This document shows positions 17,624 to 20,296 of a stretch of DNA of 20,296 nucleotides, in pieces. Numbering within the stretch: the first letter of the stretch is position 1; each line of letters starts with the position of its first letter. The DNA lies in assembly GCA_049598495.1 (NCBI GenBank), contig JBMYNR010000029.1, positions 1 through 20,296 of the forward strand, written 5' to 3'. Made by a program: the position numbers and the translations under genes. The stretch is from Opitutales bacterium (GTDB lineage Bacteria; Verrucomicrobiota; Verrucomicrobiia; Opitutales; Coraliomargaritaceae). A model generated the notes under the pieces. That model was not told the origin of the DNA, searched no databases, and was given only the letters and a program-made list of their open reading frames with translations.

Positions 17624-17901
17624 GTAGCACGATGGCGACAGCCATTGTGATCCGGTCATCAGCCTACCGTACAGTCCGTAACACCGACTTTGTTCATTCA
17701 GTTGCCTGAGGGGCACCCGCTTCATTCTCCCTTCGGGCTTCGCCATCTACGCACTGCCGTGCTCCGTCGTCGGCGTTCTACAAAGTAAACCGTAGCACGA
17801 TGGCGAGAGCCATTGTGAGCAGCCAACTCGACAGGCCATAACACCGACTGCCGTCGGCGTTCTACAAAGTAAACCGTAGCACGTTGGCGAGAGCCATTGT
17901 G
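17624..17901. repeat. BIME-like REP array A-B*-A-B-A; B* carries the 76-nt insertion (copy 4, minus strand)
   Basis: A = GTAGCACGWTGGCGASAGCCATTGTG (17624, 17792, 17876). B* = 17680-17781, empty B = 17840-17865. Linker AAAGTAAACC occurs twice. Confidence 0.88.
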
Positions 17902-17911
17902 ATCCAGCCCG

Positions 17912-18785
17912 CTAAGTCCCGTCTTCGCGTTGGCCATCATTCGCCTCCAAGCGCTCGCGGATTTTGAGGCGTATCTGGTAGAAGTAGACCGCCTTCATCC
18001 ATGCAAAGTGGAACCCCACCGCTCCGTCCAAAAAGCCCTTTTTCAAAAAGTAGCCGCGAAGAAAATAGACCGGTGCCGCCCACCATTTCGCCAGATGCCG
18101 ATACTTTTTCTGCTGCCGGGGTGTCAGGCGATCCCACGCGGACGCCTGAGGGCAGAGGGCAGGCGTCCCTACCTTGACTTTCCAGCTGGAGCCAGCGGGC
18201 CGCCTCCCAGCTGGAATACTCGTTGTGCTTGGCGATATAGTGCGCCAGACCGCGATACTCATTGTGCTCAATCGGCGCCGCGATCTCACCCGTCGGTCCT
18301 TCGAGCACCGGATGCTCATGGATCTCCATATCCAGCCCGCTCCAGCGCGACTCTTCGATCCGCTCGTACTCACCGGCACCGACCCGAAAGAGGGCCAGCT
18401 TGAGAAATTCATCCCCGTGCCGGAGCTGTCGCCCAAGGAACCAGCGCTCGTAGTTGAGCCAAAAACCGACACAATCCGTCGTCGGGAGCGCCGCCTCCAA
18501 CTCCGCGACAAAGGCATCCGTGACAAATTCATCCGCGTCCAGGAAAAGCACCCAGCCCGTCTCTAAGCTCACCTCGCGCAACGCCCAGTTACGTTTCTTA
18601 GGAAAACCGCCATCCCATTCGAATTGGAGAACCTCAGCGCCCGCCTCGCGGGCGATCTCGCAGCTGCCGTCGTCGCTCCCCGAGTCGACCACGATGACAC
18701 GCGGGAAGGCCGCCAAACGCTAGAGACAACGCGGTAAATTGCCCGCCTCGTTCTTGATGGGGATGATGACGGTGACATCAAGCAT
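17912..18785 (-). pseudogene. Glycosyltransferase family 2 pseudogene (TAG at codon 22; +7-bp frameshift inside an embedded REP)
   Basis: ATG 18785 gives MLDVTVIIPIKNEAGNLPRCL*RLAAF (TAG at 18720-18722), then VVDSGSDDG, KKRNWAL, WVLFLDADE, EIHEH. The C-terminus (YFLKKGFLDGAVGFHFA) is in another frame after the GAGGGCA duplication at 18148-18161. Confidence 0.88.
18140..18172 (-). repeat. GTAG REP embedded in GT2 coding sequence
   Basis: Identical to 15556-15581 apart from the tandem-duplicated 7-mer. Confidence 0.9.
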
Positions 18786-18824
18786 GGCAGGAAGGTTTTA
18801 AAGGTTGAGTAATGGGCAGCAAAA

Positions 18825-19226
18825 TTAGACCTCCGGCATGATTACGGGAATACGTTCCCTTTGGTGACGCCGGTAGATCAAGAAATCGCCATCAACCGTC
18901 AACACGGGCCGCTTGGGGTAGCGTTCACTCAAACAGATCAAACAAAGATCTGCCAAATCCGGGGAACGGTCCGCGTAGCGCCGGGCCAGCTGATCCAAGC
19001 GACTCAAGCTTGCGCTAAAGTCAAAATCCACAATCAGCATACCTTGCCGCACGAGTGCCAAGGCATGCTCGGCGGAGCCAACATGAAAGGCCGTCTCTGC
19101 TAAAACTGCCTCAGCCGTGGGGAGCGGCGCATCAATTTGCCGAGCCAGCTCACATGCCCAAGCGTGGTAGCGGTCGCGCCGATTAAGGAAAGCAACCAGG
19201 AAGCCCGTATCGGCAATGGCTTTCAT
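18825..19226 (-). CDS. vapC: PIN-domain toxin (VapC family)
   Basis: IADTGFLVA, EAVLAET, DLADLCL, LTVDGDF (acidic PIN active-site residues). Confidence 0.9.
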   Translation of the reverse strand: MKAIADTGFLVAFLNRRDRYHAWACELARQIDAPLPTAEAVLAETAFHVGSAEHALALVRQGMLIVDFDFSASLSRLDQLARRYADRSPDLADLCLICLSERYPKRPVLTVDGDFLIYRRHQRERIPVIMPEV

Positions 19227-19432
19227 CCTTTAGAAAAGCCTTTTCGCTGCGATAAGTCAGGACTCTTCACAACGCTACCGGCAAGCGACATGAAAGGCTT
19301 TGGCTTTCCGGAAAACGAGGCTTCCAAAGCTGATTTGACCACCGCACTCTTTGACTGCCCGGATGCTCGGGCAACCGCGTCCAACTGCTGCGCCGTCTCT
19401 TCGGGTAGGCGGATCGATATTGTATGACTCAT
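19223..19432 (-). CDS. vapB: Ribbon-helix-helix (CopG) antitoxin
   Basis: TISIRLPEE...LDAVARASGQSKSAVVKSALE; ATGA overlap with the PIN gene. Confidence 0.85.
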   Translation of the reverse strand: MSHTISIRLPEETAQQLDAVARASGQSKSAVVKSALEASFSGKPKPFMSLAGSVVKSPDLSQRKGFSKG

Positions 19433-19438
19433 TGGGCA

Positions 19439-19467
19439 ACGATGTATTACGGGGCGCGAGACGTCAA
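19439..19467 (-). promoter_or_regulatory. Candidate sigma70 promoter of vapBC (TTGACG-N17-CATCGT) with overlapping GTAATAC quasi-palindrome
   Basis: The -10 ends 6 nt before the ATG and no SD is visible, which suggests a leaderless mRNA. Pattern match only. Confidence 0.4.
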
Positions 19468-19470
19468 GTT

Positions 19471-19613
19471 ATACCATCTGCCATAAGTTTCGAACTACTT
19501 GCAGAGCTAGGGAGGGCTGATCGCCCTGAAGGGCGCACTCCAACGCTGAGAAGGCGCCGGGCTTGGTTGGAGTTCGGGCTTTAGCCCGTCTTTTAACCTC
19601 ATTGCGAAGGGAT
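19471..19613 (-). repeat. Inverted copy of the 144-bp TGGAG composite repeat
   Basis: Collinear with 6849-6992 from ATCCCTT(T)CGCAAT to GGCAGATGGTAT. Confidence 0.8.
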
Positions 19614-19678
19614 GTTCTAATTTTGGCTGATAGCAACGGCTGCGCGGGAGCGCTGCCGCAAGCACGGACACAAATTAG

Positions 19679-19746
19679 ATGCAGCCACGGCATTCTGTTG
19701 CCGTGCCCGTATTTATAAACGCCTCAACAGAGTGAGGCGGCTACAT
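19679..19746. repeat. REP doublet, copy of 12061-12126
   Basis: Shares AAACGCCTCAACAGAGTGAGGCGGCTACAT exactly. Confidence 0.8.
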
Positions 19747-19797
19747 ATTCAAGTTAAATGCAGAATGCATTCGTCCGCTGTGTCATGCGAGTATTGG

Positions 19798-19859
19798 AGA
19801 CGGCTTCCCGCTCCGCAGAAGCTACGCGGGGCGGCTGGGGGGGGGGCAGCCGTCCCTAC
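19798..19859 (-). repeat. GTAGGGACGG REP with 36-nt loop insertion
   Basis: Minus strand reads GTAG-GGACGGCT-G(C)10-AGCCGC-CCCGCGTAGCTTCTGCGGAGCGGG-A-AGCCGTCT. Confidence 0.75.
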
Positions 19860-19876
19860 CCAAAAACAAAAAAACC

Positions 19877-20296
19877 CTAAGCTCGACGGCGAACCATCAC
19901 CCAACCGAGTGCCAGCGCACCAGAGAGTAGCGCGAATGCAGAGGGCTCCGGAACGACGGAGAGTTGGATACTAACACCTGAACCACCGAATCCTCCGCCA
20001 GCACCAATGGAGATTGCAGTTCCGGTTCCTGCCAATGCTGTTAGCGTGGCGCTTGTATCAGAGGCGCCAATCTCGTAATTGAGAGTTGGAGTCGGAGTCG
20101 GAGCGGTTGCCCCGGAGATCACGCTCCAAGAACTACCACGAACTAGCCCGGTCAAGGCACCGTCAGTAATCAAAATCCACGCATCGTTACCAGCAGCACT
20201 TGTAACATCGTAAACACCGCTAGTGCCGAAGTTAAGTGCGCCGTCCTCAAAGCTGGAATCCACCGCGATCGAGTTCCAGCCGGTAAGGTCTGCATT
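19877..20296 (-). CDS. PEP-CTERM sorting-domain surface protein (5' end beyond window)
   Basis: C-terminus VPEPSAFALLSGALALGWVMVRRRA; G/S/T/A-rich body; frame open to the window edge. Confidence 0.92.
   Translation of the reverse strand, partial: NADLTGWNSIAVDSSFEDGALNFGTSGVYDVTSAAGNDAWILITDGALTGLVRGSSWSVISGATAPTPTPTLNYEIGASDTSATLTALAGTGTAISIGAGGGFGGSGVSIQLSVVPEPSAFALLSGALALGWVMVRRRA

Noticed and set aside
17624..17901. CRISPR array
   Set aside because: Repeats alternate in orientation, start with GTAG, and the intervening segments are themselves repeated; no cas genes are in the window.
18720..18722. TAG readthrough or alternative genetic code in GT2
   Set aside because: TAG terminates several intact genes here (e.g. 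pilM, recF, bcp, opcA), and the gene has a second lesion.

Overview
The window looks verrucomicrobial (Opitutales/Coraliomargarita-like; inferred from gene content). Its genes, in order: a minus-strand type IV pilus-like operon resembling the Akkermansia Amuc_1098-1102 cluster (secretin cut by the left edge), a NUDIX hydrolase, a LysM/TPR-cysteine desulfurase-recF run, a signal-peptide BCP peroxiredoxin, yraN-zwf-opcA, an FAD oxidoreductase next to an MnmM/YtqB-like methyltransferase, a GT2 pseudogene, a vapBC pair and the 3' end of a PEP-CTERM gene. The striking content is intergenic. Almost every spacer after 6.8 kb is filled with layered REP-like palindromes, many with a fixed GTAG+22-nt geometry but unrelated stem sequences. 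Several carry small passenger elements in the hairpin loop. A 76-nt element occurs in 4 copies, with empty target REPs nearby. A 24-nt double-GNA-hairpin core occurs in 3 copies. Some REP doublets are wrapped in MITE-like ends. One REP sits in frame inside the GT2 gene. No transposase is encoded in the window.
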